Of a stretch of 64,000 bases of DNA, positions 1-12,724 are shown piece after piece. The stretch's first letter is position 1, and each line of letters opens with the position of its first letter. Location: the NCBI RefSeq assembly GCF_964204645.1, contig NW_027437463.1, positions 1 through 64,000 of the forward strand, in the 5' to 3' direction. The notes below the pieces were generated by a model. That model did not search any database. It was not told the DNA's origin and was given only the letters and a program-made list of their open reading frames with translations. This DNA is from Tubulanus polymorphus (taxonomy: Eukaryota > Animalia > Nemertea). The position numbers and the translations under genes were made by a program.

Positions 1-70
1 GCCTAATGCGTGCGCCATTATTCTAACTTCTAACCTACATTACACTGAGAAAGGGAAGTAATACATCACC

Positions 71-1098
71 TTAGACTTTCTTGGTCCTCGTTTTTGTTGC
101 GTTTGTTGTTGAAGCAGCTTTTTGTGGGATCTTCTTTGCAGGCCTTTCTGGTGGCGGTGTACGTTTAACCGGCTCACTGACTACGTAGTCAGTTTCATCG
201 ACTTCCGATTCATGTTCCGGCATCTGTTTTTTCTGTGATGTCTCGTCGTTTTCGTTGACTGACCTATGTGATTTCTTCGGCGTCGAAGGTAATCCATCTG
301 GGGATGATGGTCTTTTCCTCGATTCCTCGATCGGGCCTTGAACGGTTACAGGTCCCGGATCAGATGTTGTTCTGGGTTGCGGTTCAGATCTCTGTGTGGC
401 TTCGGCTGGAGTCGGATTTTTGTTTCGAGTGGCCTGAGAAACCATATAATGGCGATGCTGTAACTGTCTGCATCTATCCGGAGTATCAGTCGGATGTGAA
501 CACGATATTTGACATTCGACCCAGGTGTGATTAAACTCACCACAAATAGCGCAATGTTCGGGTTGTCCATTGTAGTAAGGCCGGATCATAAGCATGCCGT
601 ATTTCTTCGATTCTAGAATTATATGTCTCGGAATCGGAGCCGTTATCACGATTTCCAAAACTCGTTTTTCACCGTTTTGAAACGATGTTTTACCAATTGT
701 GGGATGGTACGAACCTGTCAAGATATTCCCGTAGGGTTTCATGATTCGGTCGATTACTTCGTGAGGGCAATCTGCCGGTACACCCTCAATCCGGACGATT
801 GTCGGTGTTTCCAACGCCGATCTAAATTTTATAGTCGCTCCTCGTTAGCAATTGTATGCCTTTTCAGAATTTCGAATTTATTGCTGTTCCCGCAAAAAAC
901 TCCAACATTATATTGGTTAAAGTCCACAACCTTTTCGATACATTCCTGTGCGGTTTTATCGCTCATCAATATATCACAAATCTGAGCTAAATCCAGTTTG
1001 CTGTATTGCACTCTGACCTTTGGTACTAACAGAAAGTTGTTAAAATCCTGTGCCATCATGTTCGTATATCTGAATGTAATAGCTTTGTCGAATGCCAT
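71..1098 (-). pseudogene. Tx1/L1-clade non-LTR retrotransposon ORF1 (RRM-like region plus CCHC knuckle), one frameshift near 836
   Basis: ORFs 829-1179 and 71-814 join by a 1-bp frameshift (..NEE/TIKFRSALETPTIVRIEGVP). Contains YYNGQPEHCAICGEFNHTWVEC (CX2CX4HX4C) followed by a P/S/T/K-rich tail, the usual ORF1p/ZCCHC3-like layout. Likely start is MAFDK at 1098. ORF2 would lie left of the window. Confidence 0.7.
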
Positions 1099-2483
1099 GT
1101 TGTTGTAATAGACTTTGGAGAGAGCGCCGCAAACACGTCTGTACTCAACGACAGACAAAAGAAATATAGAAACAAACACGAAGAGTAACGTGAGTAATGT
1201 TTTCTTTAAATGATTTATTTACAGACCAAACTGATCGGTGTGCGTGAGTGCACATGAGTGAAAACGGCGTCGAAGGTGTGGTGGATGCGATAAAACAAAA
1301 ACGCGATACGAAGAGCAAATTTCATAACCTCCAAACGATTAACAAAATAACGACGACAAACTCCCGACGCTGATTTATTACTGTATACATATCTTTTTGT
1401 TAAGATAAGCGAAATTTCGGATACAATAATTTCGAAACTAAATTATAGATGGCAGCACCAACAGAGGCTCTACAAACTATATCGTCTTACAAAAGTTTCT
1501 AACTAACCTCGTTGCTTCACATCGATATCGTTAATCGCGCTGTACCGGAGCGTGCCGAAAATACGTCCGTCCGTGACCACGACCTGTGTTTATTCCCAAA
1601 TCTACAAACAATATAACTAGTTAATCACAAGCCGGATTTAGACCAAAATGGTCTACTACTGACCATATTCTACGATTTCTCGAGTTTGTGTAAATAAAAT
1701 AACTTATATGTATTGATATGTATTGATGTTTAATATTTCCACGTCAAAAATAAAGTTCTAAATTGAATGTACACGTACACATGAAACTCTCAATCGTTTC
1801 TTACTTGTCTTACTCTTTATTTCTGACGAACGTTCAGTTCAGGTAACTGAACCTTGTAAACTATGCATCAGCCCCCAGTGCCATTCTGAGAGGCTGCGTA
1901 TACTTTACTGTTAGATGCATCTCCCGCGGTGTTCGCCATCTAACACATCCTCCCTCTGCAGCAGGGATTCGAACCTGAAAATTGAATATAGAGTAGAGCA
2001 CCACGGTTCATAAAAAAAGGCGATTGTTGAGACGAGTACTGAGAACGCCTGATGATGGCTAATAGTCTTTAGTCGAAACGTTGCGCAAATATATATAACT
2101 CTTCTATTCAAGTTTCTCGTTTTGGCACTACTTATTGTGGGATTTCTCTCGTTATATATAATTGTCATACGTAAAAACGTGACATTACTTAGTGCTAAAA
2201 AGCAGGGTTTTTACGTGTTTTTCAAGAATAAGTCCCTTAAAAATAACTCGATCACAATGAATTTTTTGTGGGCTCGAGAACTCATTAAGCTAAACCATGA
2301 CACCAAAAATCAACACTATTGATTCAATGGCCAATGTTTATGCCTTGTTGACACACCGGTACTCTATTCATTTTCAATGAAAACTGTTTCACAAGACCGT
2401 TTGCATAGGCAAACCTACGGTTCGCCAAAAATTAACAAAATCAGTGGACACAGAGTATTCATAATTTCTTTTTCAATTTAGCA

Positions 2484-5400
2484 ATGTCGACGGTTTATTG
2501 CCCGTGCCAGAAGTGCAAAGGAAAATATGTCAATCGTGTCACCCGGTATAGACATAAGCGAAAGTACATGTTCGATGACCAGGAAGCACGAATCAAGAAT
2601 GTAAAGGTATGTATTGATGCGAGAACATTTTCTTAGCATTTCTGACTGTAGTTCTCTGGACTTTAGGAGTTATGATATGATATAACTTAAATTATGTATT
2701 GCACATTACAGTTAGACGTGACATGCGAGTACAATGAGAGTTCTGAAAATTCAACTACATGTAATATTGCAGACCTTCAAGTAAATACATAGTTCATTTA
2801 TCTAACATTTTAATGCACGTAAAACGAAACTGAGTTAGGTCTAGGAAACCAGAGACATCATACCCACTTTGGATGTGGTTAAAAATGCTCAACAATCTAA
2901 CAATTCAATATTCAACGCTCCCTAGTTTCAAATTTAAGGAGATTTTACTATTGAATTGAATGTGCAGTTACTTAATTACATATCATTAATGGAGAAAATT
3001 ATGAAAAGTTATTAAGTGAATGCACAGTTACTTCAAATAATAAGTCAAATGTAAGATTCTAAATTTATAATACAAATAATTAATCGCAAAGTAGAGCCAT
3101 TATTTGTTATCAAATGTTAAAATTTTAATTAAAATATAATACCAAGTTTGTTTTCTGGTGTTATTATGATGTGAGATTAACTACATTTACCAAGTTAGTA
3201 ATGATAGACTGGGACATTTTTTCTGGGGACATTTTTTCCGTATACCACTGAAACCAATGACCTCAAAACTCAATATATTATGAATTCAATCAAAAGAACC
3301 CTGATATTGCGTCATATCATTAGTGGCAGGGGGGGGGGGGGGTACAAATGCTGTAGTATTTAATCATATCAAAACTATATAAAGACTACATGTATATGAA
3401 TTTTTGATTATTTATGAAGCATTTAGCTTATCATTCTTGAACAGATTCACGAAGATCAACACAACAAGAATTATGACGGATACAATGACGATAATGTAAA
3501 TGATGATGGTGGAGATGGTGATCATGCCAGTGATGACGGTGATGATGGAGATGATGGCGGAGATGGAGAGGACGGTGATGATGGAGATGATGGTGGAGAT
3601 GGAGAGGACGGTGATGGTGGAGATGATGGTGGAGATGGAGACGACGGTGATGATGGTGGAGATGACGGTGATGATGGTGGAGATGACGGTGATGATGGTG
3701 GAGATGGAGATGACGGTGATGATGGTGGAGATGATGGTGGAGATGGAGACGACGGTGATGATTGGGATGATGTAGAAGATGGTGATAATGATGAAGGGGA
3801 TTATGGACAGCATGAAAGATTTGAACAAATGATTTACGAAGGTTCCGATGTAAAATTAATACAGTTTGTCGGAATGGTATCTTCTTTTTACGCAAAAGGA
3901 CAGAAAATGTCAAAAACTGCAATGAATAAATTACTGTATTTTATTCATCACATCTTACCGCAACCAAACATTACGCCAACAACAGTGAAACAGCTTGAAA
4001 CCATAGAGAGGCAAATATTTGGTAAATTTCGCAAAAAGAAAGTTTGTGTAAACGGATGCACGATGTATTGGTATGAAAATAGAGACAGACAAAATTGTCA
4101 AAAATGCGGTTCAGAGGAAACCGTTGATTTTACATGGATGCCTTTGATCCCTTATCTAAAAGGTATGCTAAAAATGAGATCGCTATTGAGCATTGAGCAG
4201 GGATTTTATTGTGTATAGCTACACAATAGCCTATTGAATTTACTATGTTTCTAATCTAGCTACGTAAATTGAATTGCAGGGCAGTTCAGATATTTCAATA
4301 TGGGAGAAAGAGCGACGCAGTATGCACGATAAAATGATGGCGAAAGGTCAATAGGAAGTGAAGCCTAATTTAAGCTGTAATTTCATTACTTAATGTTAAT
4401 ATGTGAGATTTCTTTTTCTTATCACCTTTCAGAATATTCAATCTTCATGAAACAGAAAAATGGACAGAATTGTATTCTGAAAATGGTTTTTTTGTCGGAG
4501 ATAGACGAGGAATATCCCTCTCCTTGACTCTAGATGGGACAAATGTTTTCCATAAGAAAAAACATTCTATATGGCCAATTTTGATCAATTTCCTGAATCT
4601 AAGGTGAATATATATATAAGTTCAAAGTGGATTAAATTAGGAGTTGCGAAGTTTCATAGATCTAGTAATGAACTATTCTCGTTCAGAGTGTGTAATTCAT
4701 TTCTCAATATTTTTCAAATTTCAGGCTATCGGAAAGCAAATTGTACGAAAATACTTTCGTATACGGCATCATACCATCCAAAAACAAACGATCAATCAAT
4801 GGTTTTCTTGAACCTCTTGTGGCCGAATTAAATCGTCTTAACAATGGCATCGACGCTATCGACGGGAGAAATGGGGAGATCTTTCAATTAAAGGTAAGTT
4901 CCCCAACAGATGAAAAGTAAACGCAATAGCCCTACAGGGACTTGTCACGATAGCTTGGGGTCCCAATTCAAAGATTCGCCACATTCTAATCGGTCAATAT
5001 TTTAGATAATTCTGGTATATGAATCACTGTTTCTAGGGTAAACTGATAATGATGAAAGGTGACTACGAAAGCCACTGTTTGACCTTAAACCATCAAACAG
5101 CAGCAGGATATAATGGATGTATAAAATGTATTCATCCAGCAATACGACCCCAACCATTGAATCGTATGATTTACCATCAAAATCGAAGGCAAGAATAAGT
5201 TCTCAAATACATACATATTTTCATATGAATTAAATGGCCTCGAAGATAAATGTCAGGGGCTGGTTGCTCAAGATTAACTGTTAGTTAAGAACTTATCAAC
5301 CGGTTATCTTAACCAACCTTTGAGCAACCGGCCCCTGATATGTACACCCACATTTCAGATATTTACCTAATGACCATCCTAATCGTAGACCGGGACCATT

Positions 5401-7749
5401 TTTGAACGACAATGGTATCTCAACAACAAATGACGTTGAAAATCGCCAACCATTTGATTCCAAATCACATGATCTACTGCTCAGGAGCGCCAATAGAATA
5501 AATGATGGTAAACCACATGAATTTTGTTGATCCCAATTGACCCGAATCAAAAGGATTCTACTGTATCCACAAAAAAATCCTAATCATGCTAACCATAACA
5601 GACCTGACTATAGAAATCAACTGATTACCAATTAAATGTATATTGCAATTTACAAAATGAGCAAAATATAATACGCATGTAGATTGATCATAGTTCTGTG
5701 TTGACATTTTAGGAATTGTGATACAAGAGAATGGCCTCAGGGATAAATCGATACTGTTTAATATACAAGAATTCAACACCTTCACTGATATCGTAATCGA
5801 CCCAATGCATACGATAAGTGGCTTACTAAAAAAACTCATAGAAATACTGAATAAAACGGAAGTGAGAGATGGTGCTCGTGTACGTCAGTATGAAGAAATA
5901 ATTGGAAGGAATGAACAATGTTGGGTTTGTATATCTAAGGCCTGTTTTTTAATTACATGGAGTACGCATCAGCCTCCCAAGATTCTGCAAAAATCATCAA
6001 ATTAAAAGGTTAACTGACACTTTTTTTTTAAATTTCAAAATATGATGTATTCTATTGATCTATACACTCATATTCAATTCAGTTAATAGACGAAGACATC
6101 CCACTGACTAATTGGAACTTAACTGTCAGGGAAAAGAATATCATTCAAGAGAGATGGGACGGCATAAAAGCGCCACTAGGATGTTCCCATCGACAGAACA
6201 ACAACATCTTCACAGAAACTAGTCAAACAAAATCGTATGATTACATCGAGGTAAAAGATGCCTTCATACAATGATGTTAACTGTTTAAATTTGCTTGAAG
6301 AAGTATTCGTTACAATTTGATAACTGCCAGGTCTGCTACGATTAGCTTGATCATGATTTTAACTAGGGGTCTAGGGACACCATGCTGACTTAGGAATTGG
6401 TTTTTGAAATGCTCAACAATCTATCAATTTCCCTTTTTCCTTCCACAGGCAGCTAAAAATGGTCCATTTATTTATTGTCTCAGAGGGATGCTGGGTAACT
6501 CGCAGAGGTCGACCATCTTCAAATACTGTAAAATCATTGAAAGTAGGTATAAATAATAATTGCTGGTAAACGAGTACAGTGAATCGACTGTTGTACAAAA
6601 AAGATTTGTTCTTAACTTTTCAGAGATATATGCATCAAATACAAATGCGGAATGGGATACAATTGCAGTAGAACTTAGTTCAACTTTAGTAGAGATGGAA
6701 AAATGTCTACCTGCTTCTCTGTTAACAGCTCATTTTCACCTACATCACCACATTATTCATACCATCAGAAGTTTTGGAACAGCCCACGCCGTAGACATGT
6801 TTCCAATGGAATCCACAATTCATCGTCTAAAATCAATCAATACAGCAAATATGAAAGTTGAGAAAAGTCTCATAAAAAAACACAGGGTATTTGTTCAGAT
6901 AAATGTTTGTAAATATTTTCAAGCCAGAAAAATGATTACAGTAAATGACAGTAAAGGATGATATATTTCTCTAGGCAATTCTTCTATACAATTCCGCAAG
7001 ACATATGGGAAATGAAAATCTGCCTTTACCGCTTCAATTACTATTACCTAATGTAAGTAATGGATTAGATGTCAACACACTAATCTTAGCATGTTAGGCC
7101 TAATGTTTGTATTTGCATATATTCTTAACCAGGAAATACAACATCAACAACAGATGCAAGCAAACATCACCTATAGAGATTATAGAGCGAGGAATATACA
7201 AGATTATCTTCATGGGAAATCGACTTTAGTCATCCCAGAAAATCAGATACGACAAGCAATAATGGAATACTTCGAAGGGTAGATATTAGAGAAATTTAAA
7301 AATACAAATCTAAAAATCCTAAAATTTGAAAATTAGGGTAGCCCTTAAATTTGAAAAAAGTAACTGCATTAATAAGATATAACTTTATAGCTTTTTATTA
7401 CAGTGAAAATAATATCGAGGCCATCGAAGCTTTTAATATGGCCACCATACCAGATCACGATATTGAGATGTTATACCATTTTAGAACTGCAAGGTAATTA
7501 AGCATTTTAAAACAACTACTTAAAAACTGTAATTTAGTTATATTATTGATCTAAGGAAAAATATTTCAGTTACGAAGAAAATATAGGAAGCAAATCATGC
7601 AGCTCATATGTGCAAGTAGAATTTCGTGAAGATGAACATCAATATCGTAGAAACGAAGTAGTATTCGATGAAAATGATATACGCGTATTTTAAATTATTT
7701 CAAGGATATACAGTATAGTATTCGACAATGTTCATACAATCATTTCATG
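2484..7749 (+). mobile_element. CACTA/EnSpm (CMC) transposase gene, multi-exon, with a 429-bp deletion at its 3' end
   Basis: Spliced reading by eye: MSTVYCPCQKCKG (2484), D/G tract, KVCVNGCTMYW..CQKCG (3445-4162), ISLSLTLDGTNVF..SIWPI (4433-4603), FLEPLVAELNRL (4725-4893), KGDYES..GYNGCIKC (5037-5189), VIDPMHT (~5800), HFHLHHHI..FG..MFPMES (~6730-6815). These are Transposase_21/DUF4218-type motifs bounded by GT(GC)-AG introns. Element termini were not identified. Confidence 0.8.
3480..3800 (+). repeat. GAT/GGT/GGA low-complexity repeat encoding an Asp/Gly tract in transposase exon 3
   Basis: The frame from the acceptor at 3445 is open and in phase with ORF 3829-4218, reading DDGGDGD... Confidence 0.8.
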
Positions 7750-7985
7750 TATATACAATAAACTTCATAATTCAAACCTTGAAGAAATTCCTTGCCAACT
7801 TTTCTTGTTTTCTAAATCGGCATCCCATTTCTATTCAGTTGTTGCTAACTTTGAAAACTTTTAGTAGCTTTTCAAAGTCCAATACCAATTTTAAGATTTT
7901 ATTCTGCAAAATAAATGCCACCGATAAGTGCTGCCATCTTGTGACCAATAATCAAGCGTCTGCTATAACGACACAAAAAGTCAAA

Positions 7986-9018
7986 ATGGAATTTCAAATG
8001 ACCGAAGAAGGTATCATAAATATCTTAAATTCTAATCATTTTTAGTTCATCTTATTAATTATTAATAACATTTTTTTCAATTTCAGAATGGAGCTTGATA
8101 AACAAAGGTAATTCAAAAGCTATTAAACTTGTCAAAATCTTCTAAAAACTATACAAAGCAATGTAATTATAATTTCAATATAATCATGTAATAACATACA
8201 TTTATATTCAGCTGAATTAATGTTAACGAAAGTGAGGAAGCAAAAAGGAACGAAGATGACAAAAGAACGGAGAATGTTTAGAGTAGGCTAATGGTTTTGT
8301 TAGGTTAAATCAATATAGGTATCTTTTTCAACAAATAAAACAATTAATCTTTAATTGTAGGACCTGGTAAAAACATGCATATTACTAAATAATGGAGATG
8401 TTGCGAAAGCAACGAATGAGGTAAAGAAATGAAACTTTAACAATAGGCCTATATACTCTGCCTTACTATGCTGAGTTTCGATTTTTCAATAAGTGACAAT
8501 ATATTTCTGATAAATTCTTCATTTTTACAGATTGAAACTCAACTAAAAGCTCACGCTGTTGACATCAGCCCCGTCATTATTTTGAAAGAGGTGAAAAGTT
8601 ATCTCAAAAACCAGAGAGATACAAAAGCGAGGTAAATTTTGATAAGGGATTGATTTATGGAATTTAGTTTAAACATGCCAATAGGACCTACAACAATTAC
8701 ATATCGGTATAGGAAATCTAAGAAAACGAAGAATATAGCCATACAAGCAATCAAATCGATAGATGGGCACCTTCTTTTTGAAGGGTATCTAAAAGAAGAA
8801 AAAGAAGGTAATTTCATCAGTGCAGTAGACCAATGAAATTAAATTGGTTTATTCTAAGCCCATGTAAGTCATTTATGCCATTGTATAATTATTTACATTT
8901 TCTAGACGGCAAAAAATTGGTCATATTAACAAAGATCACAAATCTGGGTCAACTGATTAAACCAACATGGCGCAAAGGATTGTCGGTTCTCGTCGATAAT
9001 AATTATAATTTAATTTAA
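7986..9018 (+). CDS. Second spliced gene, probably the accessory (TnpA-like) gene of the CACTA element
   Basis: About 7 short exons with GT-AG ends join into MEFQMTEE/EWSLIKQ/..KERRMFR/DLVKTCILL..ATNE/IETQLKAH..TKAR/KSKKTKN..EEKE/DGKKLV..NYNLI*. An AATAAA overlaps the stop at ~9017. Confidence 0.55.
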
Positions 9019-9179
9019 TAAAATAATATTCAATCATGTTTTATTTAATCATTTATATTCAAGTTAATTTGGTAATGATCGAAAATCAATGGATTTTTAT
9101 CAGTGATTTCAGGATATCATGTTTATTTGTTTTTTAAAAGGAGCATTTATTATCTATTCACATATTCCTAAATCTACAA

Positions 9180-9660
9180 CATCTAACAAAATGCCTTATG
9201 TGCTTACAAAGATTACACCTAGATATCAATGCATGACACTTGTGTGAATAGACCTGATCACTTACCTGATCCTTAACCATTCTGAACTGATAGAGAATCC
9301 ATCTAATTTTAAATCTTTTACCCGAGCTAAATTACACTACAAGAGAGAAATTTTTTGGCACAAATGGATATCAAATTCCCCAAAACTAGACTGCTCCAAA
9401 AATCTAAATCCTGAATTTACCATGACGCCATTCTTAATGGATCCTATACTACCAAAACTGTTTAGAACCAACATGTAAATTTAGGATAAGTAATCATCGT
9501 CTCCTGATAGAGCGAGGAAGATGAGAGAGAATAGACTGTGCCAACACTGCAATGCCATTGAAGATGAGTTTCATTTTATAATAGAATGCTCTCAACTAAA
9601 TGAAATAAGATATGACCTAAACAGAGCAGTGAGCTGCATATACTCAGATGCCCCAAATCT
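9180..9660 (+). mobile_element. Degenerate LINE ORF2 C-terminal fragment
   Basis: RLCQHCNAIEDEFHFIIECSQLNEIR at ~9533-9610 is a typical non-LTR ORF2 C-terminal Cys/His motif. Confidence 0.6.
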
Positions 9661-10309
9661 AGGCCTAGTATTCTGGTGTTAATGTTAACTGGTCATACTA
9701 GATTAAAGACTGGCAGTAGAATCTCTTACGTTTTAGGCCTAATACTATGCACTGAATTGATCAAGTGTCCATGATAAAATTAAAAATCAATATGCCTAAG
9801 TAACGCTGCTTTGCATTGATCGAAAAGTTCTATAACTCGAAAAAAAGTTTAGGCCTGCTTTATGTTCAGTTGCAAGATTTAAAAAAGCTAAATACTTACT
9901 TCAGCACGTAGGTCCGCCTACTAACTACACCCACAACGCCAACGGCAGCACTAAACATTACAACTTTTTCAGCTTTGGGCCTACTACTTTGGGCCTAGCA
10001 AGCAAGGAATGAAAGAAACCGCGAAACTAGTCTGGAAAAGTGGATCTTCAATATCTCATCCATGAACGAAGTATAGTATTGTACCGGATAACAGGATTCC
10101 GGATAGCAGTAATGTCACCTAACATCACCAATGATATTGCATCATAAAACAGATAAAAGAACGATGCGCTGCGTGTGTGAGTAAAACTTATTTCTGGTTT
10201 TTCCAATGAACTCGCGCGCTTAGGTTCGATGAGGTCGCTGGTAGATCGATTTTCTACTTCGAGGCTCAATGACGTCATATTCATGACGTCATAACCGTGG
10301 CGCCACCAG

Positions 10310-12693
10310 CATGAAATGATTGTATGAACATTGTCGAATACTATACTGTATATCCTTGAAATAATTTAAAATACGCGCGGGGTGCATCTCTCCGTTCTGG
10401 TTGTTTTGTTAGTGGTAGACGTAGTAGTACTATTGATCAATACTACTATACTACTCCTATGCCATAAATTCAATAAATCTTATATCAATGTCAATGCCCA
10501 AATTTTATAGCCTTCCTTGGCTATCATCAGCTGACATTTCCTTAAATGTTCGATTGGAATAACGCAAGGTGGATATGTCGCCTCTCGAACATCGGTCCAC
10601 CAGAAACCAGTTTCCTCGTCCAGTCGCGGCCTGCTGAGGCAGGTGATTAAGGCCAATTCCTTTTAAAATGAATAAATATGTAAAATTGTTTTTTCTTTAA
10701 TAGAATACATCAATGTTTTATAGAATGTTAGATGGAAATGGAAGGGAACGCGTACCTGCTCTTGGCACCTGAAGAGACCATCTATCTTCGATATGTACGT
10801 ATAGCGTATATCATTTTCATCGAATACTACTTCGTTTCTACGATATTGATGTTCATCTTCACGAAATTCTACTTGCACATATGAGCTGCATGATTTGCTT
10901 CCTATATTTTCTTCGTAACTGAAATATTTTTCCTTAGATCAATAATATAACTAAATTACAGTTTTTAAGTAGTTGTTTTAAAATGCTTAATTACCTTGCA
11001 GTTCTAAAATGGTATAACATCTCAATATCGTGATCTGGTATGGTGGCCATATTAAAAGCTTCGATGGCCTCGATATTATTTTCACTGTAATAAAAAGCTA
11101 TAAAGTTATATCTTATTAATGCAGTTACTTTTTTCAAATTTAAGGGCTACCCTAATTTTCAAATTTTAGGATTTTTAGATTTGTATTTTTAAATTTCTCT
11201 AATATCTACCCTTCGAAGTATTCCATTATTGCTTGTCGTATCTGATTTTCTGGGATGACTAAAGTCGATTTCCCATGAAGATAATCCTGTATATTCCTCG
11301 CTCTATAATCTCTATAGGTGATGTTTGCTTGCATCTGTTGTTGATGTTGTATTTCCTGGTTAAGAATATATGCAAATACAAACATTAGGCCTAACATGCT
11401 AAGATTAGTGTGTTGACATCTAATCCATTACTTACATTAGGTAATAGTAATTGAAGCGGTAAAGGCAGATTTTCATTTCCCATATGTCTTGCGGAATTGT
11501 ATAGAAGAATTGCCTAGAGAAATATATCATCCTTTACTGTCATTTACTGTAATCATTTTTCTGGCTTGAAAATATTTACAAACATTTATCTGAACAAATA
11601 CCCTGTGTTTTTTTATGAGACTTTTCTCAACTTTCATATTTGCTGTATTGATTGATTTTAGACGATGAATTGTGGATTCCATTGGAAACATGTCTACGGC
11701 GTGGGCTGTTCCAAAACTTCTGATGGTATGAATAATGTGGTGATGTAGGTGAAAATGAGCTGTTAACAGAGAAGCAGGTAGACATTTTTCCATCTCTACT
11801 AAAGTTGAACTAAGTTCTACTGCAATTGTATCCCATTCCGCATTTGTATTTGATGCATATATCTCTGAAAAGTTAAGAACAAATCTTTTTTGTACAACAG
11901 TCGATTCACTGTACTCGTTTACCAGCAATTATTATTTATACCTACTTTCAATGATTTTACAGTATTTGAAGATGGTCGACCTCTGCGAGTTACCCAGCAT
12001 CCCTCTGAGACAATAAATAAATGGACCATTTTTAGCTGCCTGTGGAAGGAAAAAGGGAAATTGATAGATTGTTGAGCATTTCAAAAACCAATTCCTAAGT
12101 CAGCATGGTGTCCCTAGACCCCTAGTTAAAATCATGATCAAGCTAATCGTAGCAGACCTGGCAGTTATCAAATTGTAACGAATACTTCTTCAAGCAAATT
12201 TAAACAGTTAACATCATTGTATGAAGGCATCTTTTACCTCGATGTAATCATACGATTTTGTTTGACTAGTTTCTGTGAAGATGTTGTTGTTCTGTCGATG
12301 GGAACATCCTAGTGGCGCTTTTATGCCGTCCCATCTCTCTTGAATGATATTCTTTTCCCTGACAGTTAAGTTCCAATTAGTCAGTGGGATGTCTTCGTCT
12401 ATTAACTGAATTGAATATGAGTGTATAGATCAATAGAATACATCATATTTTGAAATTTAAAAAAAAAGTGTCAGTTAACCTTTTAATTTGATGATTTTTG
12501 CAGAATCTTGGGAGGCTGATGCGTACTCCATGTAATTAAAAAACAGGCCTTAGATATACAAACCCAACATTGTTCATTCCTTCCAATTATTTCTTCATAC
12601 TGACGTACACGAGCACCATCTCTCACTTCCGTTTTATTCAGTATTTCTATGAGTTTTTTTAGTAAGCCACTTATCGTATGCATTGGGTCGATT
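10310..12693 (-). repeat. Inverted near-identical partial copy of the CACTA transposase (matches 5795-7749, plus 429 bp absent from the first copy)
   Basis: Identical mirrored ORFs (6560-6961 = 11527-11928; 7091-7282 = 11206-11397; 6413-6598 = 11890-12075). Ends traced by eye. Confidence 0.95.
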
Positions 12694-12724
12694 GGGTCGT
12701 CATGTATGATTTCTACTGTATTCA

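Noticed and set aside
3412-3922. His-rich, Ile/Thr-rich and Met/Val-rich ORFs (3431-3922, 3412-3828, 3500-3775)
   Set aside because: Alternative-frame shadows of the GAT/GGT repeat; the frame continuous with the transposase encodes Asp/Gly.
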